Of a DNA stretch of 64,000 nt, positions 10,725 to 21,899 are shown one piece after another. The position numbers were made by a program, and so were the translations under genes. Location of the stretch: NCBI GenBank assembly GCA_039715015.1, contig JBDLIE010000007.1:23402-87401 (forward strand), written 5' to 3'. How positions within the stretch are numbered: position 1 is the stretch's first letter; each line of letters opens with the position of its first letter. Source of the stretch: Thermodesulfobacteriota bacterium (GTDB lineage Bacteria > Desulfobacterota > Desulfobulbia > Desulfobulbales > SURF-16). The notes under the pieces are model-generated. The model searched no databases and was not told the DNA's origin. It saw only the letters and a list, made by a program, of their open reading frames with translations.

Positions 10725-12902
10725 ATGCAGCAGAGTCTTAGTAGAACCCTGAACATACAGATTGGCATGGTGATTCTATGTGTCAGCATTTTCATCAGCG
10801 CCATCTTTCTGGCCTTATCAGTTCATTTAGCTGACCATGAATTTAAGGAGAACATCGCTCTTCAGACAAAGCATCTTTCCGACGCCTTCACCCAGCAACT
10901 TTGGCTTTTTGACCTCAATTCAACTGAAAAACTCAGTAATCTCGCCTTAGATAGCCCAGATATCAAGGGATTGCGTTTGATGGATCACAACAGGAAGATC
11001 CTTATTAACAAGGGATCTTTCCCAGGCACGTCTGTTATTATCAAAGAAGAACTCCGCTATGGAGGTGAAAAACTGGTTGGTTACCTTGAATTTTCTTTTG
11101 TCAATACTTCATGGAAGAAACAGAAAAACTTCATCTTACTAACCGGCTTCGGCATCCTTGTTGTCACTATTATTACAACTTTTCTGGCCATCACATTTCT
11201 TCTCAGACGTCACCTTGCCCGACCGCTCAAGGACCTACAGCAAGATATGAGTATGCTGGCGGATGGCAAGTTCAGGCACTCAAATCTTAGCGACCAGAAA
11301 ACTGAGATTCAAAACATTATTGATGTCTTTAACAAGATGGCTTCCTCTTTAGCCCAGCGCGAAAAAGACCAATCAAAAGCAGAACAAGAGTCAAAGGAGA
11401 GCCAAGATCGATACATCTCCCTTTTTAACGGTTCAAAAGACTCTATTTTTACAACTACAAAAGAAGGCGCCTTTATTGATATCAACCCGGCCATGCTTAA
11501 CCTCACTGGATATACGAGGGAAGAGTTATTTAATATCAAGGCTATAGATACTTATGAGCACCATGATGACCGTGCAAAGTTTCAAAAAACTATTGAAGCT
11601 GAAGGCTCAGTTGACGACTACCAGCTCAACTTGGTTACAAAAGATGGCAAGGTTAAAAACTGTCTCATGTCTGCCTCACTGTGGACAAGTGACAGCGAAG
11701 AAATTCTTGGTTACCAAGGAATTATTCGAGACATCACAGAACAAAAACAACTAGAGAACCAAATCTCTCAGTCTCAAAAAATGGAAGCGATCGGCACTCT
11801 TGCAGGTGGCATTGCTCATGATTTCAACAATATCCTCAGTGTAATTATTGGCTATGCAGACTTAGCCAAGGAAGATGCTCCCCCCGGCTCCCACCTTTCC
11901 TCTGACCTGGACAATGTCATCGTCGCCAGTAATCGTGCCAAAGATCTTGTTAAACAGATTCTTGCTTTTAGCAGGCAGACAACTATCAACCCCATTCCGC
12001 TTCAACTTCAGTCTCTTATTAAAGAGACCTTAAAAATGCTGCGATCTTCCATACCGACAACCATTGAAATCAATGACGATATCGACTCTCGATGCGGCTC
12101 GGTCCTCGCTGACCCAACCCAGGTCCACCAGATTTTGATGAACCTCTGTACCAATGCCAACCATGCCATGGAGGAAACAGGCGGCACCCTCAGCATTGCT
12201 CTTAAAAATGTTCAAATCGGCAAAGAAAACCAGCAACCTTCCTTAAAAATTGAACCAGGTGAATATATTGAAATGACTGTCGCCGACACCGGCTCTGGGA
12301 TCGGCCCTGATATTATCGAAAAAATTTTCGACCCTTATTTCACCACCAAAGAAATCGGTAGGGGCACGGGCATGGGTTTAGCGATTATTCACGGAATAAT
12401 AGCCGATTATGGTGGGGCCATCACTGTCGAAAGCGACTTGGGCCGAGGAACATCTTTTCATGTATATTTCCCTGTTGTTGACCAAGAGGAATCACCGCTT
12501 GTCAAAGATAGTGTTGAGTTCTCCCAGGGCAATGAGCATGTACTGTTCATAGACGACGAGGAATTACTTGCCGAGTTGGGACAGGCCATGCTTGAACGGC
12601 TTGGCTACCAAGTAACGGTCCGGCGCAGCAGCCTTGAGGCCTTAGAGACATTCCAGAACAATCCTCATAGCTTTGACGTTATCATAACCGACCAAACCAT
12701 GCCGGGCATGACAGGTTCAGACCTTGCCAGACTCATGTTACAGGTACGACCAGACATACCCATTATCCTCTGCACCGGTTATAGCAACCTCATTGATGAA
12801 GAGACGGCAAAATCATTTGGCATAAAGGAATTTGCCTTAAAACCTTTAACCACAGGATTAATTTCAAGTTTGCTTCGCAAGGTATTGAATAGACCAGAAT
12901 AA
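10725..12902 (+). CDS. Hybrid sensor histidine kinase (2TM-HAMP-PAS-HisKA-HATPase-REC)
   Basis: GIAHDFNNIL H-box, DTGSGI, FDPYFTTK, GTGMGL, receiver FIDDEE/DQTMP; start uncertain (10698 or 10725). Confidence 0.92.
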   Translation: MQQSLSRTLNIQIGMVILCVSIFISAIFLALSVHLADHEFKENIALQTKHLSDAFTQQLWLFDLNSTEKLSNLALDSPDIKGLRLMDHNRKILINKGSFPGTSVIIKEELRYGGEKLVGYLEFSFVNTSWKKQKNFILLTGFGILVVTIITTFLAITFLLRRHLARPLKDLQQDMSMLADGKFRHSNLSDQKTEIQNIIDVFNKMASSLAQREKDQSKAEQESKESQDRYISLFNGSKDSIFTTTKEGAFIDINPAMLNLTGYTREELFNIKAIDTYEHHDDRAKFQKTIEAEGSVDDYQLNLVTKDGKVKNCLMSASLWTSDSEEILGYQGIIRDITEQKQLENQISQSQKMEAIGTLAGGIAHDFNNILSVIIGYADLAKEDAPPGSHLSSDLDNVIVASNRAKDLVKQILAFSRQTTINPIPLQLQSLIKETLKMLRSSIPTTIEINDDIDSRCGSVLADPTQVHQILMNLCTNANHAMEETGGTLSIALKNVQIGKENQQPSLKIEPGEYIEMTVADTGSGIGPDIIEKIFDPYFTTKEIGRGTGMGLAIIHGIIADYGGAITVESDLGRGTSFHVYFPVVDQEESPLVKDSVEFSQGNEHVLFIDDEELLAELGQAMLERLGYQVTVRRSSLEALETFQNNPHSFDVIITDQTMPGMTGSDLARLMLQVRPDIPIILCTGYSNLIDEETAKSFGIKEFALKPLTTGLISSLLRKVLNRPE

Positions 12903-13039
12903 AGACAACATGCCTCGACTTTTGCGCCCAAAAGCGTAAAATGGCCGACATGATTTTTCTATACACCAGCCAAAAATGACAGCAGGTCGTCACTCTATCA
13001 AATCATTCCAACACCCCTTCAACCACCATCTCCCATCAA

Positions 13040-14596
13040 ATGGACATCATTGAAGTAGAAGTATTCAACAAGCTCTTTTCTTCCATCGCTGAAGAAATGG
13101 GAATTATCCTCACCCGCTCCTCATTTTCGTCAAACATCAAGGAGCGTCAAGATTTCTCCTGCGCCATTTTTGATCAAAAAGGCGAACTGGTGGCCCAGGC
13201 CGCTCACATACCTGTCCACTTGGGCGCCATGCCCCAGACCGTCTCCCATGCTCTTGGGGCCCATAGCTTTAAGAAGGGCGATACCATGATCATCAACGAC
13301 CCCTTTCAAGGGGGGAGCCACCTGCCGGACATCACCCTTATTGAACCGGTCTTTGACAATGACGAGCTTCTTTTTTATGTGGCCAGCCGTGCCCACCATG
13401 CCGATGTCGGCGGCAGCACACCCGGCTCAATGGGACATTGCAGCCATTTTGACGAGGAGGGGGTGTGCATCGGCCCCACCCTGCTCTATCAAGCCGGAGC
13501 CCTGAATGAAAATTTCCTTTCCTCCTTTCTCAGTAAAGTGCGTAACCCTGAAGAACGCCGAGGAGATCTGCAGGCCCAGAAAGCCGCTCTAAAAAGAGGA
13601 AGGACGAGATTGCTGGAGGTCGTGGGCCGACATGGCAGCGCCCATGCCTTTACCATTTTGTCCCAGCTCAAAGCATATGGCGAAAATTTAATGCGCCATG
13701 TACTGACAACCATACCTGACGGCACATACAGCTTCACCGACTATCTCGACAATGATGGCACAAGCAATAAGGCCATATCCCTCCATGTTGATCTTGAAAT
13801 CCATGGTGATGAGGCAATAATCGACTTCAGCAGATGCGCGGAGCAGATCCAGTCCCCTTTAAACGCCGTACGGCCGGTGACCATCTCGGCAACAATCTAT
13901 GTATTTCAATGTTTAATAGGCGACGGGTTTCCCATTAATCAGGGCTCCTACAGCCCTCTTACCATCAAGACTCGTCCCGGCTCTCTCCTGGATGCCCGGC
14001 GCCCGGCGCCGGTGGCAGCAGGCAATGTCGAAACCTCTCAGCGCATCGTTGACCTGCTTTTCGGCGCCCTGGCCAAGGCCATACCTGATCGTGTTCCCGC
14101 AGCGAGCTGCGGTTCCATGAACAACATCGCCATCGGCGGTCATAATAATAGTGGCAGTCAATTTACCTATTATGAAACCATAGGCGGAGGCATGGGCGGC
14201 AGACCGTCAGCTCCCGGGCTAAACGGCATTCACACCCATATGACCAACACCTTAAATACCCCGGTGGAGGCCCTGGAGCATAGCTTTCCGATGATGGTGG
14301 AAGAATATAGCCTTCGCCGCAATTCTGGGGGCAAGGGTCAACATCCTGGCGGTGACGGCATCATTCGCACCTATCATTTCCTGGCAGACTGTGAGGTGTC
14401 GCTCCTCACAGACCGCCGAGACACAGAGCCGTATGGCTTACAGGGTGGGGAATCTGGGAAACCGGGAGGGAATATCCTCCACAAAAAAAACGGCAGCCAA
14501 GAAAGGCTGCCGGGAAAAATCAATTTTCAAGCACAGAAAGGAGAGAGACTGACTATCAAAACTCCTGGTGGCGGGGGGTGGGGAAAGAAGGATTAA
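13040..14596 (+). CDS. Hydantoinase B / 5-oxoprolinase family protein
   Basis: SSNIKERQDFSCA, HIPVHLG, NDPFQGGSHLPD, HMTNTLNTPVE, TPGGGGWG. Confidence 0.92.
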   Translation: MDIIEVEVFNKLFSSIAEEMGIILTRSSFSSNIKERQDFSCAIFDQKGELVAQAAHIPVHLGAMPQTVSHALGAHSFKKGDTMIINDPFQGGSHLPDITLIEPVFDNDELLFYVASRAHHADVGGSTPGSMGHCSHFDEEGVCIGPTLLYQAGALNENFLSSFLSKVRNPEERRGDLQAQKAALKRGRTRLLEVVGRHGSAHAFTILSQLKAYGENLMRHVLTTIPDGTYSFTDYLDNDGTSNKAISLHVDLEIHGDEAIIDFSRCAEQIQSPLNAVRPVTISATIYVFQCLIGDGFPINQGSYSPLTIKTRPGSLLDARRPAPVAAGNVETSQRIVDLLFGALAKAIPDRVPAASCGSMNNIAIGGHNNSGSQFTYYETIGGGMGGRPSAPGLNGIHTHMTNTLNTPVEALEHSFPMMVEEYSLRRNSGGKGQHPGGDGIIRTYHFLADCEVSLLTDRRDTEPYGLQGGESGKPGGNILHKKNGSQERLPGKINFQAQKGERLTIKTPGGGGWGKKD

Positions 14597-14904
14597 GCCT
14601 TCTCCTTTTCAGAAGACAAGGTACAGGTGCCCTTCTCCGCCATAATATCTTCAGCACATTTTGAGGCCAAAACACAGACACCCTTCTTATTAAGGATCGC
14701 GGCTATCTCTTCCTCGGTCAATGTGGAATTTTTCCCCTTGGAAAGGTAAACTATACAATCTTCGCAGACATGCATGGAACTGCGGAAATCTTCCATTTCC
14801 TGAACAATTTCCCAGCATTCCTTATCCAGTTGTTCGCCGGCAGGACAACTTTCTTTCTTCTGGCAACCCGTTATGGTCCAACAATGCCAATGTTCTGGTG
14901 ACAT
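14593..14904 (-). CDS. Small Cys-rich 'two-CW'-like protein
   Basis: CW-x4-C-x5-CPA ... CW ... CEDC-x-VY; GAGG RBS. Confidence 0.65.
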   Translation of the reverse strand: MSPEHWHCWTITGCQKKESCPAGEQLDKECWEIVQEMEDFRSSMHVCEDCIVYLSKGKNSTLTEEEIAAILNKKGVCVLASKCAEDIMAEKGTCTLSSEKEKA

Positions 14905-14952
14905 ACAGTACCTCTTTCACATACTTCTTAAATAGATGACGCTACTAAACCA

Positions 14953-15543
14953 TTAAGCAAGGAACTGGTCAAGCATAGAGATGAGATTTTCCTTTCCTTC
15001 GCCGTTTTTCGCACTAAAGAGTACGCGTTCTTCGGCCCGAATACCAAGACCCGAATCAAGGAGCGCGGCCTGGCGCTGTTGCTGGCTGCGCTTTAACTTA
15101 TCAATCTTGGTATAGACAACGAGATGAGGGATCCCTTCGCTCCGCAGCCAGGTAACAAGCTCAAGATCAAGCGCTTTTAGCTCATGCCTTATATCTATGA
15201 TGACCACCACGCAATAAAGGCTGGACCTGCTGGTCAAATAGGAGCTGATCAGCCCCTGCCAATCGTTTTTTAATTTCCGAGGCACCTTAGCATAACCATA
15301 ACCGGGGAGATCAACCAGGTAAACTTGGTCGCTGGCCAGAAAATAATTCAAGGCCTGAGTTTTTCCGGGCCTTGAACTAACCTTCACCAGATTCCGCCTG
15401 TTGATCAGCTTGTTAATCAGGCTGGATTTACCGACATTGGAGCGACCAGCAAAGGCAAGCTCCGGTAAGTCTGGGGCAGGAAGGTGGGCGGTCTTATAGA
15501 CACTTTTGACAAAGGATACCTGCCCTTGGGACCAATGGCTCAT
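14953..15543 (-). CDS. yihA: Ribosome biogenesis GTPase YihA/YsxC (EngB)
   Basis: GRSNVGKSSLIN, PGKTQ, DLPGYG, TKID. Confidence 0.95.
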   Translation of the reverse strand: MSHWSQGQVSFVKSVYKTAHLPAPDLPELAFAGRSNVGKSSLINKLINRRNLVKVSSRPGKTQALNYFLASDQVYLVDLPGYGYAKVPRKLKNDWQGLISSYLTSRSSLYCVVVIIDIRHELKALDLELVTWLRSEGIPHLVVYTKIDKLKRSQQQRQAALLDSGLGIRAEERVLFSAKNGEGKENLISMLDQFLA

Positions 15544-15563
15544 GAGCGTCCACCCGTGATCAT

Positions 15564-16436
15564 TTAAACAACCTTATTAAGGACGTATTCGACAATGCCC
15601 TGGGCCCCGACCTTGAGAAGCTGAGGGACAAGATCCCGCACCTCATGCTCGGAGATGACCGTCTCCACCGAGTACCACTTCTTATTGTAGAGATGGGAAA
15701 CCGTGGGAAAATTCATGCTGGGCAGAACCTCAATAATTGCCTCAAGTTTCTCCTCCGGCACATTCATCTTGAGGCCGACAATATTCTCAGCCCGCAGAGC
15801 GCCCTCTAAAAGTATGGCGATGTTTTCAATCTTCTCCCGTTTCCAGGGATCAGCCCATGCCTTCTTATTAACGATAAACTGGGTATTGGAGGTCATCATT
15901 TCATGGATGATGCGCAGGCCATGGGCCTTGATGGTTGACTCGGTTTCCGTCACCTCAACAATGGCGTCGGCAAGGCCGGAAACTACTTTGGCTTCAGTGG
16001 CGCCCCAGGAAAATTCGATATCAACATTTATGCCCCGCTCCTTGAAGAAGCGAGTGGAATAACCAACAAGCTCGGTGGCAATTCTTTTACCTTCCAGATC
16101 TTCAAGGGTTTTAATATCCGAGTCACCTGGAACAGCGATAATCCAGCGGGTGGGCTTGCGGCTCACCTTGGAGTAAACAAGATCGGCAATTACCTCAACA
16201 TCCGACTGATTTTCCAGGATCCAGTCCTTGCCGGTTATACCACAATCCAGAAGACCGTCTTCCACATAGCGGCTCATCTCCTGAGGGCGGCAGATGGAGC
16301 AGGAAAGCTCAGGATCATCCACCTCAGGAAAGTAGTTGCGGGAGGCAGGTTTAATTTTCCAGCCTGATTTGGCAAAAAGCTCAATGGTGGGTTTCTCAAG
16401 GCTACCCTTAGGAAGGCCCAGCTTTAAAATATTCAT
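15564..16436 (-). CDS. hisG: ATP phosphoribosyltransferase (long form)
   Basis: [24 protein letters not shown]-terminal regulatory domain. Confidence 0.95.
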   Translation of the reverse strand: MNILKLGLPKGSLEKPTIELFAKSGWKIKPASRNYFPEVDDPELSCSICRPQEMSRYVEDGLLDCGITGKDWILENQSDVEVIADLVYSKVSRKPTRWIIAVPGDSDIKTLEDLEGKRIATELVGYSTRFFKERGINVDIEFSWGATEAKVVSGLADAIVEVTETESTIKAHGLRIIHEMMTSNTQFIVNKKAWADPWKREKIENIAILLEGALRAENIVGLKMNVPEEKLEAIIEVLPSMNFPTVSHLYNKKWYSVETVISEHEVRDLVPQLLKVGAQGIVEYVLNKVV

Positions 16437-16819
16437 TTCTTATATACCTCCTGTGGGTCAAACACAGGTTCCTGGTTCGTCTTAAGCTCCTCACCTGACA
16501 CTGTCCGAAAAAAGCAGCTGGGATAGCCCTTGTGGCAGGCCGCGCCGCCCAGCTGTTCCACCCTGAACACCACGGTGTCTTCATCACAATCCACCAAGAT
16601 TTCCTTGATTATCTGGACGTGATTGGACGACTCTCCCTTAAGCCATAACTTGTTGCGAGAACGGCTCCAATAATGGGCCTTGCCGGTCTCAAGCGTTTTT
16701 TGCCAAGCTTCTTCATTTATATAGGCAAGCATTAGAACCTGCCCACTGGCATGATCCTGAGCTATGGCGGGCAATAACCCGTCACCCTTATCAAAACGCA
16801 GTTTAATCATTTTATTCAC
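16433..16819 (-). CDS. hisI: Phosphoribosyl-AMP cyclohydrolase
   Basis: [31 protein letters not shown]. Confidence 0.95.
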   Translation of the reverse strand: MNKMIKLRFDKGDGLLPAIAQDHASGQVLMLAYINEEAWQKTLETGKAHYWSRSRNKLWLKGESSNHVQIIKEILVDCDEDTVVFRVEQLGGAACHKGYPSCFFRTVSGEELKTNQEPVFDPQEVYKK

Positions 16820-17056
16820 CTTACGTATCTGCCTTTAGCTACCCGGCAAACAGCTTACTCTTTCAGCAACAAAAGAGCATAAATGCTTATTTCTCAACCG
16901 AAAACGATCATATGTATGATTATCAAGATCATTTGTCAAGCCGTCAGAAGCGTAAACACTTAAGTTTAGCCTATACTCCGAGAAAATTATGCTGTATCTC
17001 TCCGAAAAGACATTTTATATTTAAAGTTGCAGGTGACTTTTTTCGAAGAAGTGAAC

Positions 17057-18505
17057 ATGACTGAACAAAATGACGTAAATCCTCTTATTCTCCAGCTCAA
17101 CAAGACCCTGTCCTCCTGGCGCAAACAGGCAGAAGGCATCACTTCTGACTCCAATGTCCTGCACTGGCAAAAGGTTAACATTGAATCCTTTAACACAGTC
17201 ATTGAAAGCCTTGGCCTCAACCCGCTTGAGCTTCGCAAAGCCAGGGATAATTATGCAAATTTGGCCCAAAAAGAGCTCCAGCGTGTGGCCTTTTTGGCTA
17301 ACGAGCTAAACAATCTCGAATCAGACATGAAGCTTGGCCCTCTGGCTCCCGATGTTGCCTTGGCGATCGCCCAGAAAATAAAAGAGCAATGCCAAGAACT
17401 CAAACCAGACATCGACATACTGGTCTCCTACCATAAGACTCTGGCAGAAAGCAGTAAGACCTTGAAGGAGAATCTCAATTTTCTCACCTTTCTTCCCCAG
17501 GCCCGTCTGCAGGCAAGTGGCAAGAAAAAATCACTTTTTGAAACGGGTTATAGCATTTATCTAACCATAACGGATGATGACGAGGTAGAACATGAGGAAA
17601 ACATCAGCAATATGTTCAGATATTTCACCAAGGCATCTCACCTCCATGCCACCATTGCCCAGACAGATATCCCCCATCTGCCGGCCATGGTTAAATCATT
17701 TGTCGATCAGCAGCTCAGACTTTGCCTGGAAGGCTGCGAACAGGTCAAATTTTTCATTACCTTTGTCAGTGATTATTTCCAGACCGAGCTTGAGACCATT
17801 AAATCATTTCAAACAAGATTGGAAACCCTTAAAGAGCAATCTCTCACCGAAGTTCTACTTGAAATCCCCAGTCAAACAAATGCTGCCAGCAAATGTATCC
17901 AGGCGTTCAGCCATAAGAAATTTCTCTTGGAAGATATCCAGAAAGCAAACCGTCTCCTCACCAATATTGAAACCTTCCATGGGACGCTGACTAACTCTTT
18001 CTTCCCCTATCTCGTTGACCAGACAGATAAAAAAAACGGCCTCCTCAACCCTGTCACCCTAGCGGTTGCCCGTAGCAAAAAATACTTCACAGGCTTCCGA
18101 GGTCTTTGGCGTTTTGTCCTCATGCTGCTCTTCTCCTTTGGAGCAAACGCCATCATTTCTCAAGAAGAATTACAGGAAAAAATTGAGGAATCGATCCGCA
18201 AATGCTCTTTTTACACCAAGCAACATGGCGATGATAATCATCTAATAAATCAGTTTACCGACGATTTTTTCAGTGAATATAAACAACCCTTCCCCCATGA
18301 TGAGCTTGTTGACATCATGAAGAAATGCATCGTGACCTACGCCACAATTCTTGAGAAGGTCTACATGAAATACAAGCCAAAACAGGCTATTATTGATGAA
18401 GACCAGCCCCAAGCAGCACTTTCCCTTGGCCGCCTGGGCGCAAAGATCGAAATTCGAACCAAAAATCTTGAAAAATATCGCAAAAAATTTGAGGATAAGA
18501 AATAG
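17057..18505 (+). CDS. Hypothetical helical protein
   Basis: Long ORF (track start TTG 17027; ATG 17057), protein-like composition, no recognisable motif. Confidence 0.7.
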   Translation: MTEQNDVNPLILQLNKTLSSWRKQAEGITSDSNVLHWQKVNIESFNTVIESLGLNPLELRKARDNYANLAQKELQRVAFLANELNNLESDMKLGPLAPDVALAIAQKIKEQCQELKPDIDILVSYHKTLAESSKTLKENLNFLTFLPQARLQASGKKKSLFETGYSIYLTITDDDEVEHEENISNMFRYFTKASHLHATIAQTDIPHLPAMVKSFVDQQLRLCLEGCEQVKFFITFVSDYFQTELETIKSFQTRLETLKEQSLTEVLLEIPSQTNAASKCIQAFSHKKFLLEDIQKANRLLTNIETFHGTLTNSFFPYLVDQTDKKNGLLNPVTLAVARSKKYFTGFRGLWRFVLMLLFSFGANAIISQEELQEKIEESIRKCSFYTKQHGDDNHLINQFTDDFFSEYKQPFPHDELVDIMKKCIVTYATILEKVYMKYKPKQAIIDEDQPQAALSLGRLGAKIEIRTKNLEKYRKKFEDKK

Positions 18506-18743
18506 TTTCACCTCATCCTATAAGCTGCAGACCAACCTCCAGGCCCTCTTTAGGGCCAATCCCCCTGCCTCAAGCCCTTTTTTCTCCAAGCATGGAGCTT
18601 TGCGCCTTGACCAAGACAGCTTCTGTGTTATTTTCTTCACTTTCTTACTGTCACTACAGAACGTAATAGCGGCCAAAAGCTGGAGCAACTGACAGTTTAG
18701 CGTTAAAATTTCATGGATTATTCCATTTGAGGAGCTTGTTGTT

Positions 18744-19238
18744 ATGAATAGAGCAAAACCCGGAGATGTAGTTTCCATCGACTACGAAGGTGTACTGGAA
18801 AACGGTGAAGTTTTTGAATCCACCGCCGAAATCGGCCCCTTGGACTTCACCCTTGGCACAGGCAGTGTTATGCCGGCCTTTGAAATGGCTGTTGTTGGCA
18901 TGGCCATTGGTGAAAGTACTGAAATTGCCCTTGAGCCAAAAGACGGCTATGGGGAACGGCAGAAGGAATTATTGCAGACCGTGGACAAAAGCGTTTTTGG
19001 CGACCAGGCTGATCTCAAACTTGGTCAGATCCTCCATCTGAATATGGAAAAAGAGGGCAAAACCCATAAGGTTCCCGCCACTGTCATTGAGCTGGAAGAT
19101 TCAACCGTAACTCTGGATTATAACCATCCCTTGGCCGGTCACACCCTGACCTTTAAGATTACCCTGAAAACCCTTGAAAAATCGAAGGAACCGATGCCCA
19201 TTGTCAGCGGTCCGGCTGATGGCTCGCCGCTAAATTAA
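18744..19238 (+). CDS. FKBP-type peptidyl-prolyl isomerase (SlyD-like, no His tail)
   Basis: YEGVLENGEVFES, LDYNHPLAGHTLTF. Confidence 0.9.
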   Translation: MNRAKPGDVVSIDYEGVLENGEVFESTAEIGPLDFTLGTGSVMPAFEMAVVGMAIGESTEIALEPKDGYGERQKELLQTVDKSVFGDQADLKLGQILHLNMEKEGKTHKVPATVIELEDSTVTLDYNHPLAGHTLTFKITLKTLEKSKEPMPIVSGPADGSPLN

Positions 19239-20062
19239 TGAACATTATCCTAAGTATTGCCGGCTCTGACCCCTCTGGAGGAGCCGGCATCCAGGCTGAT
19301 TTAAAAACCATTACCACCCTTGGCTGTTACGGAGCAGCAGCCATAACCGCCATCACCTGTCAAAACAGCCAGGGCGTCAGCCACTGCCTGCCCCTCTCCC
19401 CTCAGCTCGTCGTTGATCAGGTTTCAGCGGTATTAAGCGACATGGCGCCAAGCCACATTAAAATTGGCATGACAGCCAGTGCCGAGATCATCTCGGCTCT
19501 GGCAAAATGCCTTGATGATTTCACGGGAGAGATCATCTTTGACCCTGTCTTAAAGGCATCAGCAGGGCAATCCCTTCTCGGCTCTGATTCCCCGGAAGCC
19601 ATGGTCCCGCTACTGCAGAGAGTCACCGTTCTCACCCCAAATATCATGGAGCTTGCCATCCTCAGCGGCCAGGAAATTAATAATGAAGAAGAGGCCAAGA
19701 GGGCTGCTGAAACTCTTTTAGACAAATACCCCAACATCAAGGCGCTCTGCATTAAGGGGGGACATCTCTGTGAAGAGAAGAAGGAAGTCATCGACATCCT
19801 CCTGGTAAAGGCAGGAAGCCATGGGAACCTGCAAATAAGCGAGGTACGCCACCCCCGGCGTCAGACCCAAAACAGCCACGGTACCGGCTGCACCTTTGCC
19901 AGCGCCTTTGCCGCCTTGCACGCCCAATTGATGGATTACCAAAAAGCGTTTGAGTCTGCAGTGCTTTACGTGGACAGTCTTTTAGAAATGAGCAAGGATG
20001 AAAAAATCGGAGTGGGCATCGGGCCTTTGCAACACTTTAGAATGTCAAATTTTAAATCTTGA
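19238..20062 (+). CDS. thiD: Hydroxymethylpyrimidine/phosphomethylpyrimidine kinase
   Basis: IAGSDPSGGAGIQADLK, HGTGCT. Confidence 0.93.
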   Translation: MNIILSIAGSDPSGGAGIQADLKTITTLGCYGAAAITAITCQNSQGVSHCLPLSPQLVVDQVSAVLSDMAPSHIKIGMTASAEIISALAKCLDDFTGEIIFDPVLKASAGQSLLGSDSPEAMVPLLQRVTVLTPNIMELAILSGQEINNEEEAKRAAETLLDKYPNIKALCIKGGHLCEEKKEVIDILLVKAGSHGNLQISEVRHPRRQTQNSHGTGCTFASAFAALHAQLMDYQKAFESAVLYVDSLLEMSKDEKIGVGIGPLQHFRMSNFKS

Positions 20063-20151
20063 GTTGCGAAAGATGAAGGGGAAGGAGAAAAAATCTTAGT
20101 AGCTGACTCCCTTTCTTCGGGACTCAACGCTCACCATTTACAGTTCGACAT

Positions 20152-20352
20152 TCAATAGGTCATCCGGATGCGGCCACAATCCGGGCACACCCAGGTGGGG
20201 CCATTGGAAATCCCCCAGGCGTTTTCTTGAAAACAGGATTCGCAGATCTGAAAGCCACAGGGGCAGTTGAAACAGTACGGCATTTCTTTCTTGCAACACT
20301 GGCACAGATAACTCTTCTGGCGGCGACCTCTTTTTTTCTTTTTTTCAGTCAT
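20152..20352 (-). CDS. Small Cys-rich (zinc-finger-like) protein
   Basis: 10 Cys in 66 aa; ATGA overlap with cutA stop. Confidence 0.65.
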   Translation of the reverse strand: MTEKKKKRGRRQKSYLCQCCKKEMPYCFNCPCGFQICESCFQENAWGISNGPTWVCPDCGRIRMTY

Positions 20353-20687
20353 GGAGAGGTGCGAAGCTCCTTTTCGAGCCAGCTGAGATACTCTTCACTT
20401 CCGCTGACAATGGGCAGAGCCACAATCTCAGGTGTCTCATAAGGGTGGTGTTTGTTAATCTCCGCCGCCAAAGCGTCATAGAGATCACATCTGCTTTTAA
20501 TCTGCAATTGGAATTCCTGATCATTCTCTAAGGTGCCCTGCCATTGATAAAAGCTGGTAATAGGACCGCAAACCTGGACGCACCCCGCCAATCTCTGCTC
20601 AACAAGATGGCGGGCCAGCTTGTCAGCCTCTTCTTTGCTGGCCAGGGTTGTTATCACCTGAACATATTTTGTTTTCATTGTTTGCAC
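20349..20687 (-). CDS. cutA: Divalent-cation tolerance protein CutA
   Basis: RLAGCVQ, SFYQWQG, HPYETPEI. Confidence 0.92.
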   Translation of the reverse strand: MQTMKTKYVQVITTLASKEEADKLARHLVEQRLAGCVQVCGPITSFYQWQGTLENDQEFQLQIKSRCDLYDALAAEINKHHPYETPEIVALPIVSGSEEYLSWLEKELRTSP

Positions 20688-20690
20688 TCT

Positions 20691-21758
20691 TTATCCACTG
20701 GGAATTGTCATAATGAAACGACTCCCCACCCCAGCCGGATTGTCCATGACAACGATATCACCACCATGACGGTTACAGATACGATGACTGATGGACATGC
20801 TCAGTCCTGGGCCGCGTTTGTGATGGGTTATATCAGACACAGAAAATTCCTCAAAAATATGCTTCTTGTGGCCTCGCTCAACCCCGCATCCTTGGTCATC
20901 GACAATAATCTGGCAGGCATCTTCTTGTTTACCAACCTGCACGGTCACATGACCAGCCTGGGGAGAAAACTTCATAGCATTACCGACAATTGACACCAAG
21001 GCATATCGAAGAAGGGGCCAGTCTGCCTCAAACTGCAGGTGCTTACTGCCTCTTATGGAAGATTGGATCCCCTTATCTTCATAACGCATGGCGCACTCAG
21101 CAACAACATTTTCAACAAGGGCCGCCACAGGCTCACGGCTCCTGGTCAGCGCCAGCCCGGCCTTAAGCTTGCTCAGCAATATGGCGTTTTGCAAAAAGCG
21201 ATTAAGGTGGGCGCCTTCAACGGCAATCATCGAGACAAGCTCACGATGCCCCTCTGCCAAACTGGCATCCGCAAGAAGTATCTCGCTACAGCCCATAATT
21301 CCGTTAATCGGCGTCATGGTCTCATGGGTCAGCAGGGTGAGCAGATCACCCTTTACCTGGTCCACCTCTTCTTGATGTTTTAAGCGGCTAAACACTTCAA
21401 TTTTGGCCAGGAATTCCTGCTGGTCAAAAGGCTTTATGATGTAGTCATCGGCCCCTGCCTCATAACCGCGACGCCTCTCGTTGATACGGGCATGACCCGA
21501 AACCATGATTATTTTGGTAAAGCGATATTTATCCTTCGCCCTCACCTTCTGACACACCGTGTAGCCATCCATCCCATCCATCTCGATATCCAAAAGAATG
21601 ATGTCAGGCTTAAACACTTCAAGTTTCTCCAGGGCCTCGCCACCAGACGACGCCGTCAAGATCTCATAGCAGCCTTTCAGTTCAAGGATCTGAGAAATGA
21701 AGGCCTGTATAAACGGTTCGTCATCAACGACGAGTATTTTATGACGGGGAGTAGCCAT
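20691..21758 (-). CDS. Hybrid response regulator / histidine kinase (REC-HisKA-HATPase)
   Basis: VVDDE, LLDIEM, THETMTP H-box, NAMKFS, DQGCG. Confidence 0.88.
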   Translation of the reverse strand: MATPRHKILVVDDEPFIQAFISQILELKGCYEILTASSGGEALEKLEVFKPDIILLDIEMDGMDGYTVCQKVRAKDKYRFTKIIMVSGHARINERRRGYEAGADDYIIKPFDQQEFLAKIEVFSRLKHQEEVDQVKGDLLTLLTHETMTPINGIMGCSEILLADASLAEGHRELVSMIAVEGAHLNRFLQNAILLSKLKAGLALTRSREPVAALVENVVAECAMRYEDKGIQSSIRGSKHLQFEADWPLLRYALVSIVGNAMKFSPQAGHVTVQVGKQEDACQIIVDDQGCGVERGHKKHIFEEFSVSDITHHKRGPGLSMSISHRICNRHGGDIVVMDNPAGVGSRFIMTIPSG

Positions 21759-21899
21759 GTTAAAAAGAGGCTGTCGCTCTAAAGGGATATAAACAAATGC
21801 ACTGGCCTAGGGAAAATGGATGGTGTACTATCTTGAGACATTTTTTCATATTATTACATGAATGTACAATGAAACTCAGCAGCCATAATTTTTCCTATA

